Shown here in pieces: positions 42,193 through 61,374 of a stretch of 64,000 nucleotides of DNA. Position 1 is the first letter of the stretch; the number at the start of each line of letters is the position of its first letter. A model generated the notes under the pieces. That model was given only the letters and a program-made list of their open reading frames with translations, made no database searches and was not told the origin of the DNA. Both the position numbers and the translations under genes were made by a program. Source of the DNA: Paraspadella gotoi (lineage: Eukaryota; Animalia; Chaetognatha); NCBI GenBank assembly GCA_051294375.1, contig CM119269.1, positions 5,343,609 through 5,407,608 of the forward strand, read 5' to 3'.

Positions 42193-44719
42193 CGTATGGA
42201 AAATAAAATACCCTTAAAATAAAAAGAAAGAGAGACAAACTGCCAACCTTTCCACGTGGGATCTTTTAGGATCGATCTTCTCCACTTGGATTCTTTTCGA
42301 TCCACGTCGAGGATCGAGTCTTCGTCGAGATACTTGTGGTCTTTATGGTCGTGGTCCGGCTGACACGTGTGGTCGTGGACTCGATGGAATTGTCGGTGGA
42401 CTTCCTCCTTCGCTTCGTAGGAGCCCAAATACGTTTCCAAAGCCTGAGACGAGGGGTGTTCGACTTTAGTAGGGGCGCTTCGGGAGGTGCATCAGGACTA
42501 TTGCGGTAGTGAATCCACTAATTTAAAAAAAACAGACGTAAGTAGCTTTGTAGTTTCAAGCTATTGACTTTCTTTTCGTTGCGTTTTTAGTTAAAGAGAA
42601 AACAAAGTTCAGTTGTTTACAAACAATAAAAAACCCGTTGTTTGTAAACAAATAAATTTTGATCTCTCTTTAAGCTATTGACGATGTTTTAGTAAACTAT
42701 GTGTATTTATAATTATAATAATATCAAGAATGTGAACACAGAAGCTCTATCAAAAGCTGGGTACCATGTGCCACTGGAAAAACACCGATCGATTTTCACG
42801 GTTTGTACAAACAATTTAGAATGTTTCCCGATCTTCTTAGAAAAACAAAGGAGCAAGGCAAACAGTTTGGAGTCAGATGTCGCTTTCGATCGCGAGGTCC
42901 CTTTTGTTTTCGGTTTCCTGTTTACCTTTTTGCAGATGAGGATCGTCCAAACGCCGAGGACGACGTCGACGAGGGCGGCAAGAAATTGGAGCACGATCAA
43001 AGCCGCGTGGAGTTTTTCTAACCCGTCTGTATTAAATGTTTTGACTGTTTTATTAATACAAAGTTTTGGGATTGTGACAAAATCGGGGCTAGGTACAATA
43101 GTTTGAAAGTAAACGCTTAATGCAAAATGAACTATGAGGAGGTGACCGTCTATTGATACTCCTCGAGAGACACTGAAAGTAAATCGCGGAGCCTGCAGCT
43201 TAAGAAGAAACTATGTAATATATTTATAATTCATTAGTAAAGGTAAAGACTATTTCCAGTTTCAGCGATTTCATCACTTACCTCGTTTCTCACCTTACTA
43301 ACCCTCTATCTACCAATCTCCAATTCTCCCCCACCTACCAATCTCCCCGCTCCAAACGTCCGCGTTCAACGAGACGGAAAAAGTCATGAGAAAAATGGCG
43401 ACGACGTCGAGACCCAAGAAGCAGACGCCGAAGAGTTGCGCCGCCATCAGCGCCGGCGGCGTCCGGCGAATTCCGGCGTNNNNNNNNNNNNNNNNNNNNN
43501 NNNNNNNNNNNNNNNNNNNNNNNNNNNNNNNNNNNNNNNNNNNNNNNNNNNNNNNNNNNNNNNNNNNNNNNNNNNNNNNNNNNNNNNNNNNNNNNNNNNN
43601 NNNNNNNNNNNNNNNNNNNNNNNNNNNNNNNNNNNNNNNNNNNNNNNNNNNNNNNNNNNNNNNNNNNNNNNNNNNNNNNNNNNNNNNNNNNNNNNNNNNN
43701 NNNNNNNNNNNNNNNNNNNNNNNNNNNNNNNNNNNNNNNNNNNNNNNNNNNNNNNNNNNNNNNNNNNNNNNNNNNNNNNNNNNNNNCCACTAGCAGCCAT
43801 TGGAAAGGGCTTGGGAGTTTTCCAGACCCCCAAGGCGGTTTAAACTGGTGTGTACCATGGGGGATCGATCAAGGTACCTAATCGCCATAAGCTGATGGTC
43901 AATTGGTCATACTCATGCTACTGAGGCGAGTTGAACTTACGCAATGCCCGATTACATCTGTACCGGTAAGTTTACTTTTCAGAGTCGAACTTACCTTAGT
44001 TCCGTTTGCCCAATGGCCAAGGCCCACTTTAACCCAAATTTTCTGGTCATGGATATTGCACATATTATTATCAGAGAGTCTATCGTTATCATTCGTCCGT
44101 CCCAAAACTGTCCTTACCCGAAATGAAAGACGTCCGGTCCGTACGAGCCGTCCGTCCCAAAACTGTCCTTACCCGAAATGAAAGACGTCCGGTCCGTACT
44201 CGCTCGCGAACCGATTGATTCTCTCGACAACGAGAAAGAAAATCCCGACGGCGAAACGAGTCACCGAAACCCAAAGGATTTTGCGATGAGAAAATTGGCG
44301 AACGACAACCTCAGGTTCGTCGGCCTGGTGGAGGAGGAGAGCGTTCGTTCGTTCGTTCGTTCGTTCGTTCGTTNNNNNNNNNNNNNNNNNNNNNNNNNNN
44401 NNNNNNNNNCCTTCCTTCCTTCCTTCCTTCCTTCCTTCCTTCCTCTATTTGTTCCCGTTCTTTTTTCCCTTTCCCTTAATTCGCTCATTCAATTGCGCTT
44501 GCATATATGTTTGTTCCTTCATTAGTTGCCTCGTTATTTTGTTTTCTTGCTCGTTCTTTCGTTCGTTCGGTTGTCCCTTTTATCGTTCGTTACGTTGTTC
44601 CTTCTTTTTGTCGTTCATTTATTCCTTGCTTCTTTCTTTCCTTCGTTTTTGCATTCGTTATTAATTTTTACCCTGACGGTGACGAAGATTTCTTCATTCG
44701 ATTCCACAAAATCCATCAT
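38691..44719 (-). CDS. Tetraspanning MS4A/CD20-like membrane protein with long C-terminal tail (partial model; expected TM2 lies in an N-gap)
   Basis: Exons 44719-44672 (MMDFVESNEEIFVTVR), 44324-44200 (KILWVSVTRFAVGIFFLVVE), gap, 43479-43339 (AGIRRTPPALMAAQLFGVCFLGLDVVAIFLMTFSVSL), 43017-42926 (LHAALIVLQFLAALVDVVLGVWTILICKK) and 42443-42248 (His/Asp-rich). All visible junctions are GT-AG and in phase. The remaining exons are in noisy copy A'. The family call is by topology resemblance only. Confidence 0.55.
44094..44199. repeat. Tandem 55-bp duplication starting at an intron donor
   Basis: cgtccgtcccaaaactgtccttacccgaaatgaaagacgtccggtccgtac occurs twice. Confidence 0.9.
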
Positions 44720-44874
44720 GATATTTTTTTTTCCTTTTCAAACGCAGCTTAATTTATTCATTGACACAGTTAATTCGCCGACGGCTTCATGCATGTTTAA
44801 TAAGTTTTTGAAGAATGTCACTGATACGTAGAATATTAGCTGATTTGTTTTATCGTTGTTTCGTAATTTTTCCC

Positions 44875-44919
<45 letters not shown>

Positions 44920-47691
44920 GCACACTTTATCTACTTTGAGATAAAATTTTAAAACAAGGAGAAGAGAAATCAAGATAACGAATTGAAAATCCGTCCTGAG
45001 ATTTAACGTTTCGAAGAGCGAGAAACTAGTAGCGTCGTGAGGCCTTTTTGTTTTGATACCAACGTGTTTATGACTTGACGAGACGATTTGCATATTTGAG
45101 ATCGACTCTCTCTCNNNNNNNNNNNNNNNNNNNNNNNNNNNNNNNNNNNNNNNNNNNNNNNNNNNNNNNNNNNNNNNNNNNNNNNNNNNNNNNNNNNNNN
45201 NNNNNNNNNNNNNNNNNNNNNNNNNNNNNNNNNNNNNNNNNNNNNNNNNNNNNNNNNNNNNNNNNNNNNNNNNNNNNNNNNNNNNNNNNNNNNTCTCTCT
45301 CTCTCTCTCTCCATCGCATATCCCCAGCCGCGCCGCGAGGAAAGAAGCCTTTGTTCCTCCATTCTTTTCTCCCTTCTCACTTCTCATTGTTTGTTGTCCT
45401 TTAAGAATCTTCCATCCTGTTTTTCTTTCGTTGAATCTAATCAAACTACATCCCCGGGCCGATCGCCGGGAAAAAAGAGAGAAGAGGGAGGGGGAGAAGA
45501 GAGGGAGAAGAACGAAAAGTGGACCCAGAGGGGAAAGAGAAGAAAAGTAGGGGAGGAGAAGAGAAGAGGAGTTTGCAAAGGGTGGAAAAAAAAAGGAAAA
45601 GGGATTGAAAAGGAAAAAAAGAAAGGAGAAACCTTTTATGGAAAGCCCGGGGAAATGGAGGAGCGGAATTTAATGAATGCCCCTGACAACGCGCGAGCCT
45701 CACTACTAAAACTAGTTAAAGCGCCGTTGTTATAAAAATGATCACTACGGGAAAGTTATTAGGGAAGACGAGGAAAGTATCTTGAACGTTACTAATTAAT
45801 TTACGGCAGAATGAAAAATGCATTTGTCAAAATATTTTATGGTCTTACTAGTAGGTAATTAATCAGCCGGTCTTTTCATTAACTATTTTAAACGCCTACT
45901 TCTTTTCAACTGCTTATGATGAAAATGCTAAAACAGACTACGCATTGAATATAAAAAAAGTAAAAATAAAGGAAGAAAGAAAAGAAAGATAAGAAAGAAA
46001 GAAGAAAGAAAAGAAAAGAAAGAAAGAAAGAAAGAAAGAAAGAAGAAAGAAGAAAAAGAAAGAAAGAAAGAATGAATGAAAAAAGAAGAAGTCTAAAAAA
46101 TATAATAAAAAGAAAAAATTAAATAAAAATAAATAAATAATAAAATAAATAAATAAATAAATAAATATATAAATAAATAAATAATAAATAAATAAACTTT
46201 AAAAAAAAGAAAAAAAGCACTAGATTAGACAGGCCCATCCTCGTCAACAAAAAAAAAATGCGCGTGAACCCGCAGCGTGACACGCGCGCGCGTCCACGAC
46301 GCTGCCGCATTAATTTCGTACTAATTACCCAAAGACGCGACCGTCGTCGTCGTCGTCGTCGTTGGCCTCTCCCCGGGACCGGCGCGGTGGGTCGCGGCTT
46401 CGACGTTCCGAGTCTCGATTTGTTTTCAAATGCTAATGACGCTGTTGTTGTTGTTGTCGTCGTCGTTGTCGGTCGGCGTTGTTGATGTTAAACATCAAAA
46501 GATGGCTGGGAAGGCGGGGAAGAATAACGATCGGGGTGGCGAGGGAATATCGCGGCCAGCAAAGAGGGGGGGAAGGAAAGGCGAGGGGTGTTCTTATGCG
46601 GTTGGATCGTGGCGGAAAAGAATAGAGAGAAAGGAATGTCGTTGAATAGGGTATCAAATACACTAATTAACTACAGTAATTATGCTGCTTTGCTTCCCGA
46701 AGTCCCGTGATCGAGTTCCGCCTCAAGCGATGGAGTTGCTTGACTTTGTCCCCTGATCTCTTTTTTCTTTTCCTTTTTTGTTCGCATATATTGTTAACAT
46801 AGGAACTTTTTTCCAATAACTTGTTTGCTCTGTTTTTCTTTCAAAAAAACAAATGAAAAATCAAAATTATTTGTTTCACTATCTTTAGAGAGTGCATTAA
46901 GATTACTTTCTGTTCCACATATAATGTTAAACTAAACTAATTTATCAACTCTACAGTTGTGTATAAGTTTTCAATTTTACCTCAAAACTGCTTTTTGATT
47001 TCCTTGAGAAATAAAGATTCACACGTCTTCAAAATCACAAGGAAAAAGTATGCAACTGTTCTTATGCCATGGCTGCGGAGATTCTGCACAGTGTCCATGT
47101 TTTTGAGCTCCGGTCGTTCATGGGACATGACTCATGACATAGACTGGTCAAACCAAAACCATTTCTATCTCAGTCATAACCGAGTCAAAGCGGAAAGAAA
47201 TATTAAGTAGATCAGGAATCATCTTCTTTTAGTTTTTCTATCAAATTACGATAAAGTATTTGATTGTCTTTTGTTTGATTTGTTGCGAGCTAACATTTGT
47301 ATTTTCTAGTCCTGACATCTAGAGTAAATCTTGAGAAATGGAGCTATTTTGTCAAGTTCGTGATCCTCGTTTGTAAAGCTAACTAGTAGTAGTAACTAAC
47401 TTGTACCTTAAAAGTTAAATTGTACCAAAAGAGGACGATATATGTTTTCGATTCAAATACGACATAAATATCGCTGACTCAACAGAGTTAAAGCTCGAAA
47501 CACAATCATTTGCGGGTTCATAAGCTTTTATATTAAGGCAATTGATAAGCATCGGATATAATCTCTCTTTCGATCGCAAGTGTTGACAATTTCATACACA
47601 AATAAAAATCAAAGATTTATCTAGGGATTCGAAGCCGCCTTATTAAATCTATATTTTAATTTTTATAAATTTTCCATAGTTATTATTGTAA

Positions 47692-47831
47692 AGAGCCGGG
47701 GGCAGCGCTCCGGCTCCGGCTCCAAGAAAAAAGGTCGGCTCTGCAGGCTGCGGAACCGGTTTCGGCTGCGGCTCCGGACCGGCTACGGCGCTGGCTCCGG
47801 CTGCGGCGTAGGTATCGGCGGCTCACCCCTG
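47692..47831. repeat. GC-rich (CGGCTC/CGGCTG)n hexamer tract ending in cccctg, possibly a DNA-transposon terminus
   Basis: Repeated ccggct/cggctg units in an otherwise AT-rich region; no partner end found. Confidence 0.35.
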
Positions 47832-48057
47832 AATGTGACAATAAAATGTAAAATTGGCCAGGAACGAGTTTTATTTATTTGTTATTATTATTTTTTTGTT
47901 TTGCTAGTTCAATTTCCGAGAGGAAGCAATTTGTCGATAACCGTTGTTTCATAATCCAGTCCATCAGTTCAGTCGAACGAATTTAGTTTAGCTGAACGAA
48001 CTGAGTTCAGTTGAATTCATTTTAGCTGAACGAATTTTGTTGTGATTTTTTAGTTGA

Positions 48058-54338
<6,281 letters not shown>

Positions 54339-55780
54339 CCTTCGTGCGAAGTTGTCGCTCTTCACAAGTTGACCTCACAGCTGAACTGAGATCGCTGTGA
54401 GATGAATGTTGAAAGTAACGGGGCGTTTTTCACTCGTGTGATATCGAAAAGTATTACATACAAATTTATTAAATTTTTTTAAATCAAGATCAATGAAAGA
54501 CATCGTTTCTGTCCTCATCCACATTCAATATTTTTTTTTTTATGAATAACAATTGATATATATATTGGAATTATCTTTTTTTTTTTTATAAATCACGCAA
54601 TCAAACAGTTTCACAACTTACTTCACGGTCACATTACCCACTTACCTTTCAATTACAAACCGAAGAGTAGTCAGTTATCGATATCAAGAATATCGACCTA
54701 AAAACTCAACTTCCGATTTAATTCGGAAATGAAATGGAGATACGAACCTCCGCTTTAAATAATGGAGCGACGTCGCCGGAGTCCGTTTCTCCGTTTCTCC
54801 GCGGTCTGGGTGCTCTTTTGTCCTCATTGTAAATTTTACGGGAACGTCGTTCGGAGGCGGGACTAGAGGGCGTGGCTAATTCCTTTACTACCGTAAAAAA
54901 AAATTTCTTGGTGCAAGAGAAGGTGATTTTAAATCGAAATAAAATTCTTCGATTTCGTTTAATTCTCGTTTTACTCTCCACCGTTTCTGACAAGATCGAT
55001 GGATTTAATATCTCAATTCGATCGAAAGAACAAAAGACAACTAAACGATTTATTTTGAGCCAATCGCGTCCGATAAAATGATTGGCTTTTTGAAATAGGC
55101 GTCTCTATCATTTGGAATAAAGTGTCTTTCTCGCCACCCTATAATTATGAAAAGATACATTGTAAAGTTTCCGAAGCGAGATTCAGGGCGTCACCCCCCC
55201 CCCGATTTCTAGATTGGACATCCTAGACATAGTGAGCCTCGCCTAGAAACCTTCTATCCAGCTTTAAATTGTAGTATTGTATATTGTAATTTTATGAAAA
55301 GGAATATCAAATTAATGTTCCCGATCTATGAGAATAAATGAAGATCGATTCAGCGGGAATAAAACGCGTTAGTCAGTAAATTTCCTTTGAGATCCTTTCG
55401 TTTTGGGTTTGGCCACGAGATGTCATCTCAATCAATGAGCGGATACATTGTTCACCATGATCGGTTCCGCCCATTGGCTTGATATTGGTTTAATATTGGT
55501 TTTATATTCATGGACTTTTGATTTCCGAAAATCCATTTTAAAATTTTTTTTTGTTACATTTTTTTAATTCGTTTTGGATTGAGGCGACTTACTTGGATAT
55601 ATAAAAATTATACATAGTATACATAGTATTAGTTAATATTCAAACTCAACAGCTGTTGTACTCATTTTTTTAAAAAATCCATGGAACTATCAACATCTCT
55701 CATTTGTAGCTTGTTGAATAAAACATTGGTTTATATTCTAAATAATTCAAATTGATTATCGTTGTGCATTAATTTATATT

Positions 55781-55963
55781 AACCCCTTATGGCAAGGGAG
55801 GGACATGTGTGAAGCCTGGGGTGTGAGGAATCTCCGACAACTGGCGCTCCGGGATTTGGACCCGATGTCACTGACGTGTTTAGGGTGACACCATCACACT
55901 TTAACCAGCTTGATCGTTAGGGGATTGAACCCGGAAATCTCAATTGGTGAACAAGTACTTAGC
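55781..55963 (-). mobile_element. Possible degenerate tRNA-derived SINE
   Basis: Minus-strand B-box-like GGTTCAATCC (~55922-55931) and GGTCCAAATCC (~55852-55862) in a GC-elevated island; no clear A box or TSD. Confidence 0.3.
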
Positions 55964-56452
55964 TGTACAATGTACAGTGTACATTGTACAAGCCAATGGG
56001 ACGAGCTGTGTTTCACCAAGCTATACGGGAGGCGAATTTAGGATTCGCCACACCCTTTTTCTTTTATGCAGATCACGTGATATTATTGTAATAGTTAATG
56101 TCGAGGTTTTAATCGCTTAAAATCGTTTAAAATGTTTTCAGTCGTTTTAATTCAAGCCAAGCTAAATAAATGTCGGTGCTCATGGCTGTCAGAACTGTCT
56201 CGAATCACTAGCAAACATTAAGCAGATCGATGCTGTATCAAGGTGAGCCATCCTACGAAAATTACCACAGCTAATTGCTTCATTGGTAAAAATGAAAGCT
56301 AATATTTACGTATTTGAGTCCATGCAACATTTTTATTGTTCGAATGAATAAGTTCAATAATAACAATTTTCATTTTTTATTTTCAATTTTCAATTCATGA
56401 GAATCAACATGCAACAATGTTAACCCAGATTTCATAACTTTCTCGCAACATC

Positions 56453-57304
56453 TCATCCCCGACCCAGAGCCTCCAGTTTCTCGAGGATTCGACTCAGATT
56501 CTGTGCCCTTTCCTCCAACTGTCTCGTCCACTCCTCGTTTAAAGTCGCAATCGCAGCATCCAGCTCCGCTGCTCGATCCTCCGCTTCGTCGCCGACGGCG
56601 TTCGCTGCCTCTGCCGCCGCCAGTGTCGCCGCCTCGACACCCGCCAGCTTCTCCTCGACGGCCTCTCGCCCCGCCACTTCCACCGCCGCCTCTGTTTCCA
56701 CGTCCGCCGACAGTGCCGCAGCCTCCGCCTCCGTCGAATCCGCAGCAGCTGTCAGCGCATCGATCACGTCGGAGACGTTGGCCGAGGCTTCGGCGAGACG
56801 CGAATTCAACTCGGATTCAAAGTCGTCAGCCGAAGGAAGATCGAGGGACGCAGCGGCGGTGGCGGAGTCGGTGGCAACCGCCGCAGCGGCGTCGACTATG
56901 ACTTCCGCCCTCGAAACGCCCGCGGCGACGTTATCGATCGAAGCGGCGTCTTCGATCTTCAACGCCGCCGCCTCTGCCGTCAAATCCTCCAACTCGTTCG
57001 TTAAAGTCGAAGGAAAGAATTGGCGAGAATCGACGAGGCTTTGCAGCCCCTCGCGGGCAGAGTCGCAGCCCATGAGGCGCGCCCAGGGGAACGGGTCAGA
57101 CGCCGTTGAATCCGCCCGAGAATCCCCCGGGCAGAAAGGCTGATGGGAATATTTAAATATAGTTAATATTATAGTTATAGTTATATAGTTATAGTTAATC
57201 GATTGGTTAATGAAGAACGTTATCTTTTTCTTTACCTCATCACCGTCCCAGCTTTCGGCGGTGATCCAAATGAAAGACAAAAAAATAAAAACCGTTTTGC
57301 TCAT
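56453..57304 (-). CDS. Secreted acidic Ala/Glu/Asp-rich coiled-coil protein (~251 aa, 2 exons)
   Basis: Exon 1 57304-57236 (MSKTVFIFLSFIWITAESWDGDE, GAG|gtaaag); AT-rich 96-nt intron ending cag; GC-rich exon 2 57139-56453 with two Cys followed by a heptad-like Ala/acidic helix. Confidence 0.8.
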   Translation of the reverse strand: MSKTVFIFLSFIWITAESWDGDEVKKKITFFINQSINYNYITITIILTIFKYSHQPFCPGDSRADSTASDPFPWARLMGCDSAREGLQSLVDSRQFFPSTLTNELEDLTAEAAALKIEDAASIDNVAAGVSRAEVIVDAAAAVATDSATAAASLDLPSADDFESELNSRLAEASANVSDVIDALTAAADSTEAEAAALSADVETEAAVEVAGREAVEEKLAGVEAATLAAAEAANAVGDEAEDRAAELDAAIATLNEEWTRQLEERAQNLSRILEKLEALGRG

Positions 57305-57393
57305 TTTTATTTTTATTTAAAAATCTTTGATTAGATTATATTCCTTCTCAAGAGAGGCTTTTTTGTCATGAGATCTCATGCCTACAAATTTGA

Positions 57394-57463
57394 AATAATT
57401 AGTGGCACGAAAGGGCCGAGTTATGAAGGAGACGATTCTCTCAATCTCATCTGGGATCTCGAG

Positions 57464-57531
<68 letters not shown>

Positions 57532-57596
57532 TAGTGGCACGAAAGGGCCGAGTTATGAAGGAGACGATTCTCTCAATCTCATCTGGGATCTCGAGA
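57394..57596. repeat. ~70-bp perfect direct repeat flanking (AAT)~22
   Basis: ataattagtggcacgaaagggccgagttatgaaggagacgattctctcaatctcatctgggatctcgagat occurs twice. Confidence 0.9.
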
Positions 57597-58010
57597 TTTT
57601 CCACGGGATAGTTTTTAGCCAGTCGGTCGGTTAATTTCGAAACTTAATATATCTCAGGTTCTATTTCTCTCATGAGCTCATTCATTATTTCGATTGATGT
57701 AATTGTTATAATTATAAATATATAATGTCAATGTAGAAGGGTTTTTTTTTCACCCATCTTAGTTATGCCCCTTTTAAAAAACCTTTATTATTTACTCAAA
57801 ACTCTTCGACAAATAGGAAAAAAAGAGCTCAACCGAGGAATTCCTCTCTTTCGTCGATTAACCCGTTCTAACGAGGAACTCGTAAAATCGAGTCACGTTG
57901 AATCGTTTTCTCGTTAAAACCGGAGAAATCGTCGGCCGTAATCTCTCTTTGCGTGATTAAAGTCTCAGATCGAGTTTCCGTTCGAAAGTTTGGACGCTAA
58001 AGTTACAACA

Positions 58011-58075
<65 letters not shown>

Positions 58076-58559
58076 AAGGGTCAATCGGTTGCTCGTCCGA
58101 TCGTCAGGCAATCTCTCGTTTCCCTTTAAATTTGCGGAAATTTACTTCGGAATGCTAATTCGTTAAATTTATAAGTATTATTTCGTTTATATTTATTTTA
58201 ACCGGTTGAGTTAACTTAAAAATTTAGATTCCAAGTTTTGAAAACATCGTAGGGTTTTTGAGAAAACTCAATGACTTTGTGACAGTATCGAACACTTACA
58301 TTAATTATCTATCATTAGCTATTGTCATTAGACGAAAACGAAATCAATCACGTAGTCAAACCAATTTTTCTGTTTTGTCCGGCACGTCGTCGTCGTCGTC
58401 GTCGTCGTCGATTGCAATTTAGATCGAAAAGTTGAAAGTGTGAATTCGGTGACTACGAAGGCGAGTACGAAGGCGAAAGAGAAGAGGGCGGGGGAGAGGT
58501 TTGGGAAGAAAAGAGCAGAGAGAGAAAGTGAAAGAGTAAAGAAGAAAGAAATCAGGAAT

Positions 58560-58910
<351 letters not shown>

Positions 58911-59275
58911 GGCAAATTACCTGCTTTTCGTCACATCAATTATCACTGACGTGCTTGACCGTCAGAGATCCGATCGTCTCCCTCTCTTCTCTCGATCCTA
59001 AGCGCGAATATAACAACAACAACAACAACTATAAGGCTCGCGTGATTTGCCGCGTTGTACGAAGAACGTCGATGTCGGCGTGAACGGTCCATTTCCTCTT
59101 CGTTTCATTTTTATTGAAGTTAAAAATTTTTAAATATATATATATTTTTTTGCAGCACAGGAAAGGTTTTGCGACTTTGAATTTTAAAAAAAATTGTTGG
59201 GCAACTAACTTTGGTTTTTCACGTGAATTTCACTGGTATACATTACGATACAACCACGCTTGCGAACCGTCCGAG

Positions 59276-61374
59276 ATGGCCTCGAACATTCTCGGCATCG
59301 TCCATTTTCTGCTGTTGCAAGCGTCAATTTCGATATCGACCAACACGGGATATCCGAGGTACCATAATTTCCAAAAACGAAGCGTGACAGTAGAAATTGG
59401 AAATCATTTCAAGTCACTGTTTCCCTTTTGTTTTCTTTAGGCACATGGTTTGCTCTCCCGTCGTTAACGTTTACGCCTCGCGAGACGGCGCTGTTAGCGA
59501 AGGCGCCCGGAGAACCGACTTTCGGCGGCGTCACAATCGCGCTGCTGCCGACCCGCCCCGCAGCGCCCAAAGCGACGAGAAAGTCGACGCCGCAAATAAA
59601 AGTGAGTTATATCCGTGATTGAGCTTTTAAGCCGTATCAAGAAGTTTGATATGAAAAATACAAGTTATTTCAAACGGCGCATTAATTTGGCAATATTGAT
59701 TAGTTAAAAAATTTAAATTACATCTCTGTTACAGATTGTAACTTTTTCCTAATCTATTAATTTGGCAGAGATTAAAGAAGAAAACGAAGAGATTTTTCGA
59801 CTTACGCAAGAAGCGGTCAAAGAGACTAAGACGAAGGTGAGTTTGTTAATAAATAAATTAGTTAATAGTGGAAGGCTCATTCACAGGAAAATCTGCCTCC
59901 ATTAAAAATTAAATAAATTTTATAACAGCTACATTTTGATGCTAGTGCTGGGTACCCCAAAGGATTCCCGACCTAATACTTAAGGGAGCATCGTTTTTAA
60001 TATTATTAATTCACTTCATAAAAATGGAAGCCATGCACTCTTTCTTAAAAGTCTTTCTTGAAAGCTTGCAGAACATTGTTATTATCTTTTAAGAGGGATG
60101 GAGGAAAGTCCAAAGTCAGGAGACAGGATAGCTTATTATTTAATAAATTTATTCTCTTACGCTTACCCTAATCTCCCCATTTTCAAACCCTCAGTTTAGT
60201 AGCCTCGAATTTTCCATCGACGAGATGAGAGGCCGAGTCGGGAAAATCTCGGAAGAGGTCGACGTTTTGCGGAAGAGGAAAAGTCAAAGAGAAGCGGGTA
60301 ACAGTAGAATGAGAGCAGACGGAAATTCGACCGTAGTAAATTGGACAAAATAAGCTTAAAGTTAATGTTTCTTAAGCAATATGAGCTCGGTTAATCACAT
60401 TCAACTAAATCAAGCAGATTGCAATTCAAACGATTCCAAACAAGTACGTCTTGTTCGACAGGTTACAGGGTAGCGTTTTCGGCTCAACTGAGCGCATCCT
60501 TCGGACCCATACGAGGCGGGCAACCGACGTCTATTCCTTATGATAAAGTTACCATCAACTTAGGCAATGGGTAGGACCAACGCATTTGAATTGACCGTAG
60601 GGTCTCTCTCGGCAATCTTCCCATTCTGTCCAGTTACGACAACGCGACGGGCGTGTTCACTTGTCCAATTTCCGGCGTCTACGTCTTCCAATTTCATGCG
60701 ACGAAGGGTCAACAGTACGAGGCTCACGTCAAGCTAGTCAAAAACGACAAACCTCTACTCGCCGCCCACAGCAGGGGTCAAAAGTTTCAGATTCAGGTCG
60801 AGAGGCTGGTTTGATGGTCACTTGTAAGATGCATTTTAACTTGACTACTCGATGAATATACCTAAGGGAATTGAAACATTCTTTAAAATATTATGCCAGG
60901 TACTCTGAAAGTGAATAAACGAGACTGTGAGAGTCTTGATTGAAAACTTGTAGGGACCTGCTATGTCATTATCTTGTAAGAGTGATGGAGGCCTTAAACC
61001 ACCAAAGCCTGTCCAAAGTCAGGGGCAAGATAGCTTATTTATTAAATGAATGTATAATTTTTATATTGGTTGTACCAGTTTTATTTTGATTTTTACGCTA
61101 ACTTAAATTTTGTCCTTGACCGCTTTTGGACAAATAAAATTATGTAGACGTAGACGTCGTAGAAACTCGACTCGACAGAAGTTTAAAAAAAATATATTTT
61201 TTTCGTGTCTTTAACAACTAGGAAACTTCAAACAGCGTGATCGTGCATTTGGACAAAGACGACAAAGTGTGGACTTCTCTCGGAGCAAAAAACGGAGTTC
61301 CTTATCAAGTACTCAGTCATCCCGTCCACAGATACACCACCTTCAGTGGGTTTCTGTTGTGGCCCGACGCTTGA
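59276..61374 (+). CDS. Secreted C1q-domain-containing protein with coiled-coil stalk (~279 aa, 7 exons)
   Basis: Exons 59276-59358, 59441-59601, 59769-59836, 60195-60297, 60462-60570, 60634-60796 and 61222-61374 (840 nt, all GT-AG and in phase). C1q motifs VAFSA, YDKVTINLGNGYDNATGVFTCPISGVYVF, SNSVIVHLDKDDKVW and TTFSGFLL. AATAAA at ~61474. Confidence 0.93.

Noticed and set aside
55058-55087. Inverted CCAAT pair as promoter of the Cys-rich gene
   Set aside because: Short motifs ~700 bp from the ATG with no TSS evidence.
56503-57143. Plus-strand ORFs opposite the acidic coiled-coil gene
   Set aside because: Antisense shadows of a GC-rich exon; the minus strand has the signal peptide and splice sites.
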